Below the pieces are notes generated by a model. It was not told the origin of the DNA. It searched no databases and saw only the letters and a program-made list of their open reading frames with translations. From Gemmatimonadales bacterium (GTDB lineage Bacteria; Gemmatimonadota; Gemmatimonadetes; Gemmatimonadales; GWC2-71-9): a stretch of DNA of 64,000 nucleotides. The DNA lies in the NCBI GenBank assembly GCA_035299765.1, contig DATGVZ010000101.1, positions 4,184-68,183 on the forward strand, written 5' to 3'. The stretch's first letter is position 1. Each line of letters begins with the position of its first letter. Positions 48,405-57,988 of this stretch are shown piece by piece. The position numbers and the translations under genes are program-made.

Positions 48405-50584
48405 CGCTGCTGCTGGCGCTCGCCCTGTCGGCCGCAGCACTCGCGGCGCAGGGCTCCGGTGGCGCGGGGCTGCACGGCACCGTGCGCGATGACCAAGGCG
48501 CTCCCATCGGCCACGCGCAGGTCGGTGTCCGCGGGACGACGCTGTTCACACGTACGGACGCGAGCGGCCGCTATCGCCTCGCCCAAGTGTCCACCGGGAC
48601 AGTTCACGTCCGGGTGGATGCAGTCGGGTACGCGGGCGTCGATACCGTCGTCGCGATATCCGCGGATTCGGCGAGTGTCGACTTCCAGCTCAGATTCTCG
48701 CCGCTCACCCTAGCACCTGTTTCCACGGTCATCGAGAAGCTGCCGCATTTTGGCGAGCGTCCAGCCACGAGCGTCGCGCAGGTCAGCGAGCGGGACCTCG
48801 ATCGCCGCGCGGTGAACACCGTGGATGAAGCGGTCGATCATGTGCCCGGTATTCAGTTCGTGAACGGGCAGATCAACATTCGTGGCTCGACGGGATACAT
48901 CCAGGGGCTGAACTCGCGCGTGTTGCTGACCGTCGACGGTGTGCCGATGAATCAAGGCGATCGCGGCGGGATCGATTGGGACCTGCTCGCCGTCGACGAG
49001 ATCGAAAGCGTGGACATCCTGAAAGGTGCCGGTTCGGCGCTGTACGGATCGGCGGCGCTGGGTGGCGTGGTGAATGTGACGACGCGCGACGTACCCAACG
49101 GCTGGCATAGCCGCTTGCGATTCACGGGCGGAGTGTACGCCGATCCGCCATACGCGATCTGGCAGTTTCGCGGCAGTCCGGGACTGCAAGGCGGCGCCGA
49201 TCTATCGGCGTCGTACGGCAACGACGTGGCCGGCGGCAGAATCGCGCTGGGCGACCGCCACTCCGACGGGTATCGCCAGCAGGACAACGACGATCACTTC
49301 CATATGGCGGGAAAGACCCGCTGGGAGCCGTCGCCTGGCGTGCGCGTCGATATCTCGGGTGCGTGGGCGGTGAATCGGTATGACGTGCCGCTGAGCTGGT
49401 GCAAACGCGGCAAATGCGATGACCGCGGCCAGGTGTTTCAGCCCTTCAAGATCGATACGACGGAACGAGGCGCGCGTACCGACTCGCGGAAGGGCTACAT
49501 CGCGGCGCAAATCCGCAGCACGTTGTCCCCGCAGTTCGCCTGGCAGGCCCGCGGTTCCTGGCTGCGGACACATTTCACCGACATTCGCAGCACGACCGAG
49601 TACGGCGTCGGCGATCGCTTCGGAACGGAAGCGCGTATCGAGGCACACCCGGATTCGAACCGCTCGGTGCTGGTCGGCGGTGAGGTCACGTTCTCGCGCG
49701 TTACGAGCGACATCTTCGGCAGCCACACGCAGGCGGAGCTCGCGGCGTACGGCCAAAGCGAGCAACAGATGGGCAACGCGCGCGTCAGCGGCGGGGCGCG
49801 GCTCGATTTTCTCGCCGTGGACGGCGGCTCGCTCACGGCGGTCGCGAGCCCGCGCATTGGGGTGACGATTCCCACCGACGGTCGGGGACACGACGGCGGA
49901 GTCTTGCGCGCATCAATCGGCCGCGGTTTCCGCGCGCCCACGATAGCCGAGCGGTTCGTGCATACCTTCGCGCTCGGATTCGAGGTCATCCCGAATCCCA
50001 ATCTGCGGCCCGAGACCGCCTGGTCCTTCGAGGTCGGGCACACCACGGGACTGCTGCTGCGCTTTCTCCGGCTCGACGCCGCTCTCTTTTGGACCGAAGC
50101 GCACGATCTGATCGAGCCGGCGCTGCTGACTCCCTCCGACACCATTCAGCTCCAAAACGTGGTGCGCGCCCGGCTCGCCGGTGTGGACGCCACCATCATA
50201 GGCGCGCCGATTCCTCGTCTGATCACGACGCTCGGCTACACCTATCTCTCGACGCGTCGCCGTCTGGCCGGCGACTCCACCACGGGACCGCTCGCGTTTC
50301 GTCCCCGGCATCTGCTCACGCTCGGCGCCGACTACGCTGTCGGCGATCTGGACGTCGGTGCCGACTTCCGCTTCGCCAGCCGGCCCGAGCGCATCGAGCT
50401 GGAGGGGTTCGTCGATCCGCGGCGGGTGCCTGTGAAGGTGCTGGATTTGCGCGCCGGTTGGTCTCGGGGACCAGTCGAATTCCGGCTGCTCGTCGCGAAC
50501 GCGCTGAATTACATCTACAACCTAGTCCCTGAGACGCTGGCACCCGTGCGTACGGTTACACTCACGGCTGTCTGGGCGCATTAG
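48389..50584 (+). CDS. TonB-dependent receptor with N-terminal carboxypeptidase-regulatory-like domain
   Basis: Signal peptide; 'GTVRDDQGAPIGHAQVGVRGT...TDASGRYRL' (CarbopepD_reg-like); plug 'VPGIQFVNGQINIRGSTG', 'IESVDILKGAGSALYGSAALGGVVNV'; beta-barrel ending in an aromatic residue. Confidence 0.85.
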   Translation: MHGTIALLLALALSAAALAAQGSGGAGLHGTVRDDQGAPIGHAQVGVRGTTLFTRTDASGRYRLAQVSTGTVHVRVDAVGYAGVDTVVAISADSASVDFQLRFSPLTLAPVSTVIEKLPHFGERPATSVAQVSERDLDRRAVNTVDEAVDHVPGIQFVNGQINIRGSTGYIQGLNSRVLLTVDGVPMNQGDRGGIDWDLLAVDEIESVDILKGAGSALYGSAALGGVVNVTTRDVPNGWHSRLRFTGGVYADPPYAIWQFRGSPGLQGGADLSASYGNDVAGGRIALGDRHSDGYRQQDNDDHFHMAGKTRWEPSPGVRVDISGAWAVNRYDVPLSWCKRGKCDDRGQVFQPFKIDTTERGARTDSRKGYIAAQIRSTLSPQFAWQARGSWLRTHFTDIRSTTEYGVGDRFGTEARIEAHPDSNRSVLVGGEVTFSRVTSDIFGSHTQAELAAYGQSEQQMGNARVSGGARLDFLAVDGGSLTAVASPRIGVTIPTDGRGHDGGVLRASIGRGFRAPTIAERFVHTFALGFEVIPNPNLRPETAWSFEVGHTTGLLLRFLRLDAALFWTEAHDLIEPALLTPSDTIQLQNVVRARLAGVDATIIGAPIPRLITTLGYTYLSTRRRLAGDSTTGPLAFRPRHLLTLGADYAVGDLDVGADFRFASRPERIELEGFVDPRRVPVKVLDLRAGWSRGPVEFRLLVANALNYIYNLVPETLAPVRTVTLTAVWAH

Positions 50585-50591
50585 CGTTACA

Positions 50592-51098
50592 TTGCAGCCC
50601 ATGATTCGCGGTTTTGCTCTCCTGTGCATGGGACTCGCGGCTGCCGCCGCCTGTGGACGCAGCAGCGGCGGCTCTCCCACGTGCGGTATCGCGCTCATTG
50701 CCGGTCCATCCCTGATCACGCAGCAGCTGGCCAACGCGCGCGCCGTCATCACCGATCCCCCGCGGGGCCTTCCCGATTCGTTGCCGGCGCTGGTCGTGCA
50801 ACAGAAGACGGGCGAAGCCGCGGTGATCGTGGGTCGTGACGCGGAAGGCCGTCTCTCGATGCAATACCGGGGTCCCGGCTTCCCACCGCAGGGCTACGGG
50901 GTGCTTGTCGTGGACGACACGTCGCAACGCGCCATGGGAGTTCTCGTCGTCAACGGCACGGAGCCCGTCAATCACCCGCATATCGGCACGATCATCGGCG
51001 GCAGCAACGCGCTGAACCTGTACGGTGTGCGCCTCGACTGGTCGAGCGTCAGCAACCCTCGCTGCCCTCTCTTCGGTCCCGCGTCCGCGACGTCGTGA
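50592..51098 (+). CDS. lipoprotein, unknown function
   Basis: 'FALLCMGLAAAAAC|G' lipobox. The start is TTG 50592 or ATG 50601. Confidence 0.5.
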   Translation: MQPMIRGFALLCMGLAAAAACGRSSGGSPTCGIALIAGPSLITQQLANARAVITDPPRGLPDSLPALVVQQKTGEAAVIVGRDAEGRLSMQYRGPGFPPQGYGVLVVDDTSQRAMGVLVVNGTEPVNHPHIGTIIGGSNALNLYGVRLDWSSVSNPRCPLFGPASATS

Positions 51099-51784
51099 CG
51101 CCGGCGCCCGTCGCAGTCACGGCGCCCCGTCGATCGGTGGATGGTCGCGAGCGCGTGACTCTGAACACGGCGTACGTGCACGCTCTGGAACGCTCCGGGC
51201 TCGTGCCGCTCGCGATTCCGACGATGATCGCCCCCGATCGCGCAGCCGCCGCACTCCAGAGCGTCCGCGGACTGGTTCTCACCGGCGGTGAGGACGTCGC
51301 CCCGCAACGCTACGGCGCGTCTCCGCACCCGCGCCTGGGCGAGGTCGACGCGGACCGCGACGCGGCGGAGGTCGCCCTCATCGAGGCGGCGCGCAAGCGT
51401 CGCCTCCCGATTCTCGCGATCTGCCGCGGCATCCAAATCCTCAACGTCGCACTGGGCGGTACGCTGTATCAGGACCTGGAGAGCGAGCGCCCGAGCCCCG
51501 TGGCACACAGCGACGAGAAGGGCAGTCACCCGGTGCGTGTACAGGCCGGTTCGCTACTCGAGCGCACACTCGGCACGGGCACGGCAATGGTGAACAGCCG
51601 ACATCATCAGGCAATCCGTGATCTGGCGCCGGGGCTCACGGCCGTGGCGTGGGCGGACGATGGCGTCATCGAAGCAGCCGAACCGATCGAGGCAAACGCG
51701 CCCTGGATGCTGGCGGTGCAGTGGCATCCTGAGGATCTGACCGAACGCGCCCTGTTCGACGGATTCGCGCGGGCCGTCGCGTGA
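51095..51784 (+). CDS. gamma-glutamyl-gamma-aminobutyrate hydrolase family protein (class I glutamine amidotransferase, peptidase C26)
   Basis: 'ILAICRGIQILNVALGGTLYQDL' (nucleophile Cys), 'VQWHPE'. GTG overlaps the upstream stop. Confidence 0.85.
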   Translation: MTPAPVAVTAPRRSVDGRERVTLNTAYVHALERSGLVPLAIPTMIAPDRAAAALQSVRGLVLTGGEDVAPQRYGASPHPRLGEVDADRDAAEVALIEAARKRRLPILAICRGIQILNVALGGTLYQDLESERPSPVAHSDEKGSHPVRVQAGSLLERTLGTGTAMVNSRHHQAIRDLAPGLTAVAWADDGVIEAAEPIEANAPWMLAVQWHPEDLTERALFDGFARAVA

Positions 51785-52218
51785 CGACCGCCGCACATTC
51801 CTTCCCGTCAGCGGAGTGGGTGGCCGCCTACGGGGCGGCGATCAGTGCGAGTGAGGACTACCGGCAAGCGTCCGCCGAGTGGACGCATGGTCCCGTGGCA
51901 TTGGTAGTTCCCGCGAATCCACTGATCGGCGTGCCGGAGGACGTGGGCATCTGGCTCGATCTCGACCGCGGTGTCTGCCGGGACGCGCGCGTCGTCACCC
52001 GCGCGGAGGCGCAAAAAGCTGCCTTCGTGCTGACGGCCGAATATCGCTTTTGGAAGCAGATCATCAAAAAGGAGCTCGGCCCGATTGCCGGCATCATGCA
52101 GCGCAAGGTCGCGCTGCAGGGATCGCTGCCGATCGTCGTCCGCTTCATCAAGTCGGCGGAGGCGCTCGTCGATGCCGCGACGCGCGTCCCGACCCGCTTC
52201 CTCGACGAGGCGCGATGA
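51781..52218 (+). CDS. SCP2 sterol-binding-like domain protein
   Basis: About 145 aa. The C-terminal 'GIMQRKVALQGSLPIVVRF' pattern is typical of the SCP2 fold. GTG overlaps the upstream stop. Confidence 0.6.
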   Translation: MTTAAHSFPSAEWVAAYGAAISASEDYRQASAEWTHGPVALVVPANPLIGVPEDVGIWLDLDRGVCRDARVVTRAEAQKAAFVLTAEYRFWKQIIKKELGPIAGIMQRKVALQGSLPIVVRFIKSAEALVDAATRVPTRFLDEAR

Positions 52219-54197
52219 AAGCCTCGGTTGCCGAGGTGCTGAGCCGTCTCACGACACTCTCGCAGGAGCTGGCGGGGGCGTTTCGGCCCACCACGATCGT
52301 CGAAGTCGTGGCGCGCGCGCTTACCGAGCAGCTCGCTCCGGGCCGCCTGTCGGTGCTGCTCCTCGACCTCGACACCAACCGGCTGACCGTCGCCTATCAC
52401 AATGGGCCGCGTCCCGCGACCACCGACGAGCCGCTCCTGCAGCTGGCGTTGAGGCGCGGCCCGCTCGTCTTTCCCGATCGCGTGGCGGGGCGCGCGGCCG
52501 AGCTGGGTGCAACCGCGGACCGCCCCATCCCTGCGAGCTGGCTGGGCGTGCCCATCGTCGCGGGCTCGCGAACCATCGGCGCCGTTGCGCTCGAAGGCGA
52601 GCGCAGCAACGCACTCGATGACAGCGCCCTCATGTTCGCGCGCGCCGTGCTCGCCCAGGCCAGCATCGCGCTCGAAAACGCGCGGCTCGTCGAAATGCTC
52701 TCGAGCGGCAAGCGCGAGTGGGAGCAGACCGTAGACGCGTTCAATCACGCGATTTGCTACGTGGACACGCAAGGCACGGTGCGCCGTGCGAATCGCATGT
52801 TTGCGGAGCTGATCAAACTGCCGGTCACGGCGCTGCCGGGTCGCCCCTGGCTCACGCTCCTCCCGCCGGCGTGGGCCGAGCCTGTTGCCCGGCTGCTGGC
52901 AGCCCCTGGCGACGGAGTCGAGGTTCGCGCCGGCGAACGCGTGCTTCTGGTCACGGCGATCCCCACGGACGATCCTGGTGCCGGCGTGCTGCTGTTCGAG
53001 GATCAGACGGAGAAGCGGCGCTTACAGGAGCAGCTGCTGCAATCGGAAAAGATGTCGGCGATCGGTCAGCTCATCGCGGGCGTCGCGCACGACCTCAACA
53101 ATCCGCTGGCCTCCGTCGTCGGCTTTTCGGACCTATTAAGCGAGGCGTCCGACGTGCCGCCGCGATTGGCCGAGCCGTTGGCGGTGATTCGTCAGGAGGC
53201 GGAGCGCGCCTCGGCGATCGTACGCAACCTGCTCTCGTTCGCGCGTCGCCAGGAAGGCGAACGGCAGCTGCAATCGATCCGGCCGATTCTCGAGTCCACG
53301 CACCAACTGCTCCGGAATCAGCTGCTCGCGGGCCGCATCGAGCTGACGCTCGAGTTCGAGCCGGGCCTGCCGGAAGTCGAGGTCCATGCAAACCAGATCA
53401 AGCAAGTATTCGTGAACATCATCAACAACGGCGCCCAGGCGATCGCGGGCGCCCGTCCCCAAGCTGGTGGACGCATTCAGATCGTCACTCAGTGCCAACC
53501 GGATGGCATCTCCGTCAGCATCGCGGACAACGGTCCCGGAATTCCCGAGGCGCTCGCACAGCGCGTGTTCGAGCCATTCTTCAGCACGAAGTCCGAAGGC
53601 GCAGGCACCGGTCTCGGACTTTCCATCTGTCTCGGCATCGTGAAAGAGCATGGCGGCAGCATGTCCTTGGACCCGGGAGGCGCGGGAAGCGGCCGGGGCG
53701 CGACGTTCACGGTCGAGCTGCCGGCGGGCGAACGCAGGGGACTAAGCCCGGCGCGACCGGGAGCGGGAGAGCCTGAGCCCTCGGTGACGGCGGTGGCGGC
53801 AGAACGGCCCGAGCGGCTGCGCGTCCTCGTCGTCGATGACGAGCCGCACATCCTTCACTACATGCAGGCAACACTCGAGAGCTGGGGCCACGAGGTCGTG
53901 CTCGCGCGTGACGGCAGCCAGGCGTTGAAGCGCGCGCTCATGCAGCCGTTCGACCTGATCATCTGCGATCTGCGCATGCCCCGCCTCGGCGGGCGCGAGA
54001 TGTTTCACACGCTCGCGCGCATGCATCCGACCGTCGCCGACCGGATCATTTTCGCCACCGGCGATACCGTCCGCGGCGACACGTTGCAATTCCTCGAAGA
54101 GCTCGGCCGCCCCTTCCTTCAGAAGCCATTCAAACTCGATGCGCTGCGTCGCGTGCTCGCCGGAGTCGTCAAGGCTAATGCGGGTCTTGCAGGTTGA
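52215..54197 (+). CDS. hybrid sensor histidine kinase/response regulator (GAF-PAS-HisKA-HATPase-REC)
   Basis: H-box 'AGVAHDLNNPLASVVG', N box 'FVNIINNGAQA', 'DNGPGIP', 'GTGLGLSI', receiver 'VLVVDDEP...DLIICDLRMPRLGG...TGD'. ATG overlaps the upstream stop (ATGA). Confidence 0.85.
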   Translation: MKASVAEVLSRLTTLSQELAGAFRPTTIVEVVARALTEQLAPGRLSVLLLDLDTNRLTVAYHNGPRPATTDEPLLQLALRRGPLVFPDRVAGRAAELGATADRPIPASWLGVPIVAGSRTIGAVALEGERSNALDDSALMFARAVLAQASIALENARLVEMLSSGKREWEQTVDAFNHAICYVDTQGTVRRANRMFAELIKLPVTALPGRPWLTLLPPAWAEPVARLLAAPGDGVEVRAGERVLLVTAIPTDDPGAGVLLFEDQTEKRRLQEQLLQSEKMSAIGQLIAGVAHDLNNPLASVVGFSDLLSEASDVPPRLAEPLAVIRQEAERASAIVRNLLSFARRQEGERQLQSIRPILESTHQLLRNQLLAGRIELTLEFEPGLPEVEVHANQIKQVFVNIINNGAQAIAGARPQAGGRIQIVTQCQPDGISVSIADNGPGIPEALAQRVFEPFFSTKSEGAGTGLGLSICLGIVKEHGGSMSLDPGGAGSGRGATFTVELPAGERRGLSPARPGAGEPEPSVTAVAAERPERLRVLVVDDEPHILHYMQATLESWGHEVVLARDGSQALKRALMQPFDLIICDLRMPRLGGREMFHTLARMHPTVADRIIFATGDTVRGDTLQFLEELGRPFLQKPFKLDALRRVLAGVVKANAGLAG

Positions 54198-55215
54198 CTC
54201 CGGCCGTGAATGGCGCGGCGGGCAGAATCAGGTCTGGTTACTCACTCGTGAGCTCAGCCGCGTAACTGGGCTCGAGCAGATTCTCGTCACCCGACAGAGC
54301 AGCGAATTGGCCCGACGCGTGACCGGAGACGGCGTGACGGTCCGCAGTACCGCCTGGGAGATCGGGCTCGACCCGCGGGCGTGGTGGCATCTGCGGCGGA
54401 CGATCACGGCCTTTCAGCCGGATGTCATTCACGTCCACGACAGCCATGCGCTGACGCTCGCCGCGACGGTCGCGATGGACCGGACACTCGTCGCCACGCG
54501 GCGCGTTGATTTTCACGTGGGACGCTTCGGCGCGTGGCGGCGTCCCGATCGCATCATCGCCGTGTCAGGCGCCGTCAAGCAGATCCTCATCGGCGACGGC
54601 ATCGCGGCTGACGCGATCACGGTTGTGCCGGACGGCATCGACCCCGACGAGACCCGCCGTGCAGCCACTCCGCCGCTCGATACGCGCAGCCAGCTGGGAC
54701 TCTCGGCCAAGACCCCACTCGCCGTGAATGCGGCGGCGCTCGTCGATCACAAGGATCAGCGAACCCTCGTCCGAGCCGCTCACTACGCGCGCCGGCTGGA
54801 ACCGGGCCTCCATTGGATCATCGCGGGTGAGGGACCGCTGCGCGCCGCGATCGAAGCCGAAATCGCGCGTCTCGAGCTCCAGGACCGCGTGCATCTCGTG
54901 GGGTACGTCGAGCGCGTCGAGGCGCTTATCGCGGAAGCGAACGTCTTCGTGATGTCCTCCAAGGAGGAAGGCCTGGGCAGCGTCATCCTGAACGCGCTGG
55001 CGCTCGGCCGGCCGGTCGTCGCGACCGCAGCCGGAGGGATTCCGGAGATCCTGCCCGCCGACGTGCTGGTTCCGGTGGGCAGTGCCGACGCGTTGGCGCA
55101 GAAGGTCGTCGACGTGCTGCGCCGGCCGGTCCAGGTGCCCCCGCCCTTCCCTCCACGATTCAGCGCACGCGCGATGGCGGACGGCGTCTTGGACGTCTAT
55201 CAGGCACTCTCCTAG
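54178..55215 (+). CDS. glycosyltransferase family 4 (GT-B)
   Basis: 'PDVIHVHDSHA' and a C-terminal 'SKEEGLGSVILNALALGRPVVATAAGGIPE' motif. ATG at residue 14 of the track ORF. Confidence 0.85.
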   Translation: MRVLQVDSGREWRGGQNQVWLLTRELSRVTGLEQILVTRQSSELARRVTGDGVTVRSTAWEIGLDPRAWWHLRRTITAFQPDVIHVHDSHALTLAATVAMDRTLVATRRVDFHVGRFGAWRRPDRIIAVSGAVKQILIGDGIAADAITVVPDGIDPDETRRAATPPLDTRSQLGLSAKTPLAVNAAALVDHKDQRTLVRAAHYARRLEPGLHWIIAGEGPLRAAIEAEIARLELQDRVHLVGYVERVEALIAEANVFVMSSKEEGLGSVILNALALGRPVVATAAGGIPEILPADVLVPVGSADALAQKVVDVLRRPVQVPPPFPPRFSARAMADGVLDVYQALS

Positions 55216-55226
55216 ATTGCAGGGCC

Positions 55227-56771
55227 ATGATTTACGTCTGCGTGCCGGTTCGCAACGAGGCGAGCACCGTCGGCCTGGTCCTCTGGAAGGTCCGGCAGGT
55301 CTTCACCGCGTTTGAGCGTGAATACCAGATCATCGCGTGCGACGATGCGTCAACAGACGGTACCGCGGAGTTGCTTGCGACCTACGCGCGCGTCCTACCG
55401 CTCACCGTCGTCAAGCACCGCTCGCAGGAGGGTTACGCACGCAGTCTGGAAGAGCTGCTGCGGCTGGCGTTGCAGCGCACCGACCGGCCGAAACGCGACT
55501 GCGCCATCACCCTGCATGCCGATTTCGTACACGCCCCGGAGACCATGGAAGAGATGGTGAAGCGCCTCGAATCCGGCGCCGATCTCGTGGTGGCCGAGCA
55601 GGATCGGACGATGGGGGCGCGCTGGCCGGAGCGATGGGCGAGACAGTGGGCGCCCCGCCTGGTGCGGGTCGGCGGCGGGATCAAGGATTCCATTTCGGGA
55701 TTTGTCGCGCTGCGGTTGATCGTGCTGCGCCAGGCGACCCGCGGCGGGGAGAAGGCTCCGCTGCTGACCACCGAAGGATGGGCCGCGAACGCAGAGTTAC
55801 TGGCACGCCTGGGCGCGTTTGCCAGGCGCGTGGAGATGGTCCCCAGCGCGGCGCGCTACGACCGCAGGCAGCGACCGTCCCGGACGAAAGCCTGGCAGCA
55901 GTTGATCGATGTGTGGCGCTCGCGGGGCTTGATCAGCGCCGCGCGCAAGAGCGCGCTAGTCGTCGCGCTCGCGCTGTTGGCAGCGGGAGCAAGTCGTCCG
56001 CTCGCGGGCCAAGACACGGTATGCACCGGCGTCCTCACGAACTCCGGTTCGTCCGCTTCGTCATCGACGGTTCAAGCGGTGATTCGCGTCGCTCCGGCCG
56101 TGCCGTTCCCCGTCGGAGAGCGGCTGACCTATAGCGCGAAATATGGGATCTTCAGTGTCGGGAACGCCGCGATGGAAGTCGTTGGCATCGACACCGTCCA
56201 TAACACCGAGACCGTGCACATCCGTTTTCGTATCAGCGGGGGCGCGCTCTGGTACCACCTGGATCAGACAATCGAATCGTGGGTGGGACGCTACGACTTC
56301 CGCTCGCGTCGCTACTGGTCCATCCAGGATGAGCGCGGCACGCACCGCGAGCACCGGTTCGAGATCTTTCCGGACTCTGGTTTCTATCGGGAGGAGGGGC
56401 GCGACACGACGTTCGCGACGGTGCTCGAGCCGCTCGATGACGCCGCCTTTCTGTACTGGATTCGGACCGTGCCGCTCGAAGTCGGGAAGCGATACGAGTA
56501 TGCGCGCTACTTTCGCCCCGACCGCAACCCCGTGATCATCGAGGTCCTGGGGTACGATAATGTCAAAGTGGCCGGCAAAAAGTGGCGAGCGCTGGTTGTT
56601 CGGCCCAACATTCCCCAGGGCCGCGGGATCTTCGCGGAAAAATCCGAGACGCACATCTGGCTTTCGGACGACCCACAACGCCTCGTGCTCGCGATCCAGT
56701 CGAACTTCTCGTTCGGTCAGGTCACGCTGAAGCTCAAGGAGTACGTCGTACCTGCGGGAGGACAGGAATGA
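55227..56771 (+). CDS. glycosyltransferase family 2 domain fused in-frame to a DUF3108 domain
   Basis: N-terminal 'CVPVRNE', 'IIACDDASTDGT'. Mid-protein signal/TM-like 'ISAARKSALVVALALLAAGASRPLAGQ'. C-terminal 'ERLTYSAKYGIFSVGNAAMEV...', ending 'THIWLSDDPQRLVLAIQSNFSFGQVTLKL', is DUF3108-like. Confidence 0.7.
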   Translation: MIYVCVPVRNEASTVGLVLWKVRQVFTAFEREYQIIACDDASTDGTAELLATYARVLPLTVVKHRSQEGYARSLEELLRLALQRTDRPKRDCAITLHADFVHAPETMEEMVKRLESGADLVVAEQDRTMGARWPERWARQWAPRLVRVGGGIKDSISGFVALRLIVLRQATRGGEKAPLLTTEGWAANAELLARLGAFARRVEMVPSAARYDRRQRPSRTKAWQQLIDVWRSRGLISAARKSALVVALALLAAGASRPLAGQDTVCTGVLTNSGSSASSSTVQAVIRVAPAVPFPVGERLTYSAKYGIFSVGNAAMEVVGIDTVHNTETVHIRFRISGGALWYHLDQTIESWVGRYDFRSRRYWSIQDERGTHREHRFEIFPDSGFYREEGRDTTFATVLEPLDDAAFLYWIRTVPLEVGKRYEYARYFRPDRNPVIIEVLGYDNVKVAGKKWRALVVRPNIPQGRGIFAEKSETHIWLSDDPQRLVLAIQSNFSFGQVTLKLKEYVVPAGGQE

Positions 56772-57727
56772 CCGATTACCGCGAAGCCGATTTCTCCCGC
56801 CTTAAGACAGTCCCCATCGCCAAACGCTCCAACAAAGTCGACGCCTCACTACTAGCCCAGCCGCCGTTGCCATCTGATCGCTCGTTTAAGGCCTTCATCG
56901 ACGCGTTGCCAAAAGTCCTCGCCGCGCAGGACTTTCGCTATGTCGTTGACCAGATCGCCGCGGCCCCGGGACGTGGCCGCGGGGTCCTCGCGATGCTTGG
57001 CGGGCACGTCATCAAAGTCGGTCTCGGCCCGCTCTTGATCGCGCTGATGCGGCGACGCGCGATCACGATCGTCGCGATGAACGGCAGCGCCGCCATTCAC
57101 GACTTCGAACTCGCCGCCTACGGCGGTACCAGCGAAGACGTGGCAGCCGGCCTCGGCGATGGGACGTTCGGCATGGCGGAGGAGACCGGCCGGGAGATGA
57201 ACGCGGCGATCGCGCGGGGTGCGAAGACGCAGCAGGGTGCGGGCGAGGCGCTCGCCGCATACCTCGGCGCGCGAAAAGACTTACCGGGTCGCGATGCCTC
57301 GGTGTTGCTCGCCTCTGCTGAGTTGGGAATTCCGGTGACCGTCCACGCAGCGATCGGCGCTGAGATCATTCACCAACATCCCACGGCCGATGGCGCGGCT
57401 CTGGGCGCCACGAGTCATCGCGATTTCAAGCGCCTCGCGGGTGCGGTGCCCGATCTCGACGACGGTGGCGTGGTCCTGAATCTCGGCAGCGCGGTGATCA
57501 TGCCTGAAGTGTTTCTCAAGGCGCTGACCGTCGCGCGCAATCTGAACGGTGGGCAGCCCAAGAATTTCACCGCGTGCGATTGCGACATGCAGCGCCACTA
57601 CCGCCCGCGGGTGAACGTCGTCGAGCGACCGACGCTCGCGGGTGGCCGCGGCATTCAGCTCACCGGCCACCACGAGATTTTGTTTCCGTTGTTGGCGTGG
57701 GCCGTACTGGCCCGGTTGGAGCCCTAA
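56768..57727 (+). CDS. deoxyhypusine synthase-like family protein
   Basis: ATG overlaps the upstream stop. 'GGHVIKVGLGPLLIALMRRRAITIVAMNGSAAIHDFE' and 'NLGSAVIMPEVFLKAL' resemble the DHS-like NAD-binding fold. This is recognised by eye only. Confidence 0.45.
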   Translation: MTDYREADFSRLKTVPIAKRSNKVDASLLAQPPLPSDRSFKAFIDALPKVLAAQDFRYVVDQIAAAPGRGRGVLAMLGGHVIKVGLGPLLIALMRRRAITIVAMNGSAAIHDFELAAYGGTSEDVAAGLGDGTFGMAEETGREMNAAIARGAKTQQGAGEALAAYLGARKDLPGRDASVLLASAELGIPVTVHAAIGAEIIHQHPTADGAALGATSHRDFKRLAGAVPDLDDGGVVLNLGSAVIMPEVFLKALTVARNLNGGQPKNFTACDCDMQRHYRPRVNVVERPTLAGGRGIQLTGHHEILFPLLAWAVLARLEP

Positions 57728-57945
57728 GAGGCGTCGGCAGGCCGGCCCTTGATCATGTCGCGGATGCGATCGGCCGTGCGCGGGCTGATGAGCCGCAACG
57801 CCAGATAGAAGAAAAACCCGATGACAGCGAGCCAGAGCACGGTCACCGCGAGACCGACTAGGCTGCCAAGGATCCCGAAAATCAGCTGGAGGCCGAACCA
57901 CGCGACAATGGCGAGAAGTGCGAACCCCAAAATGCTCCGGAACAT
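57724..57945 (-). CDS. small membrane protein (two TM helices)
   Basis: Track ORF of 73 aa, 'ILGFALLAIVAWFGLQLIFGILGSLVGLAVTVLWLAVIGFFFYLAL'. Confidence 0.5.
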   Translation of the reverse strand: MFRSILGFALLAIVAWFGLQLIFGILGSLVGLAVTVLWLAVIGFFFYLALRLISPRTADRIRDMIKGRPADAS

Positions 57946-57988
57946 GATGCCCTCCGTGGTGTCCGGTGCGTGTGCTGCGTACGCCTAA

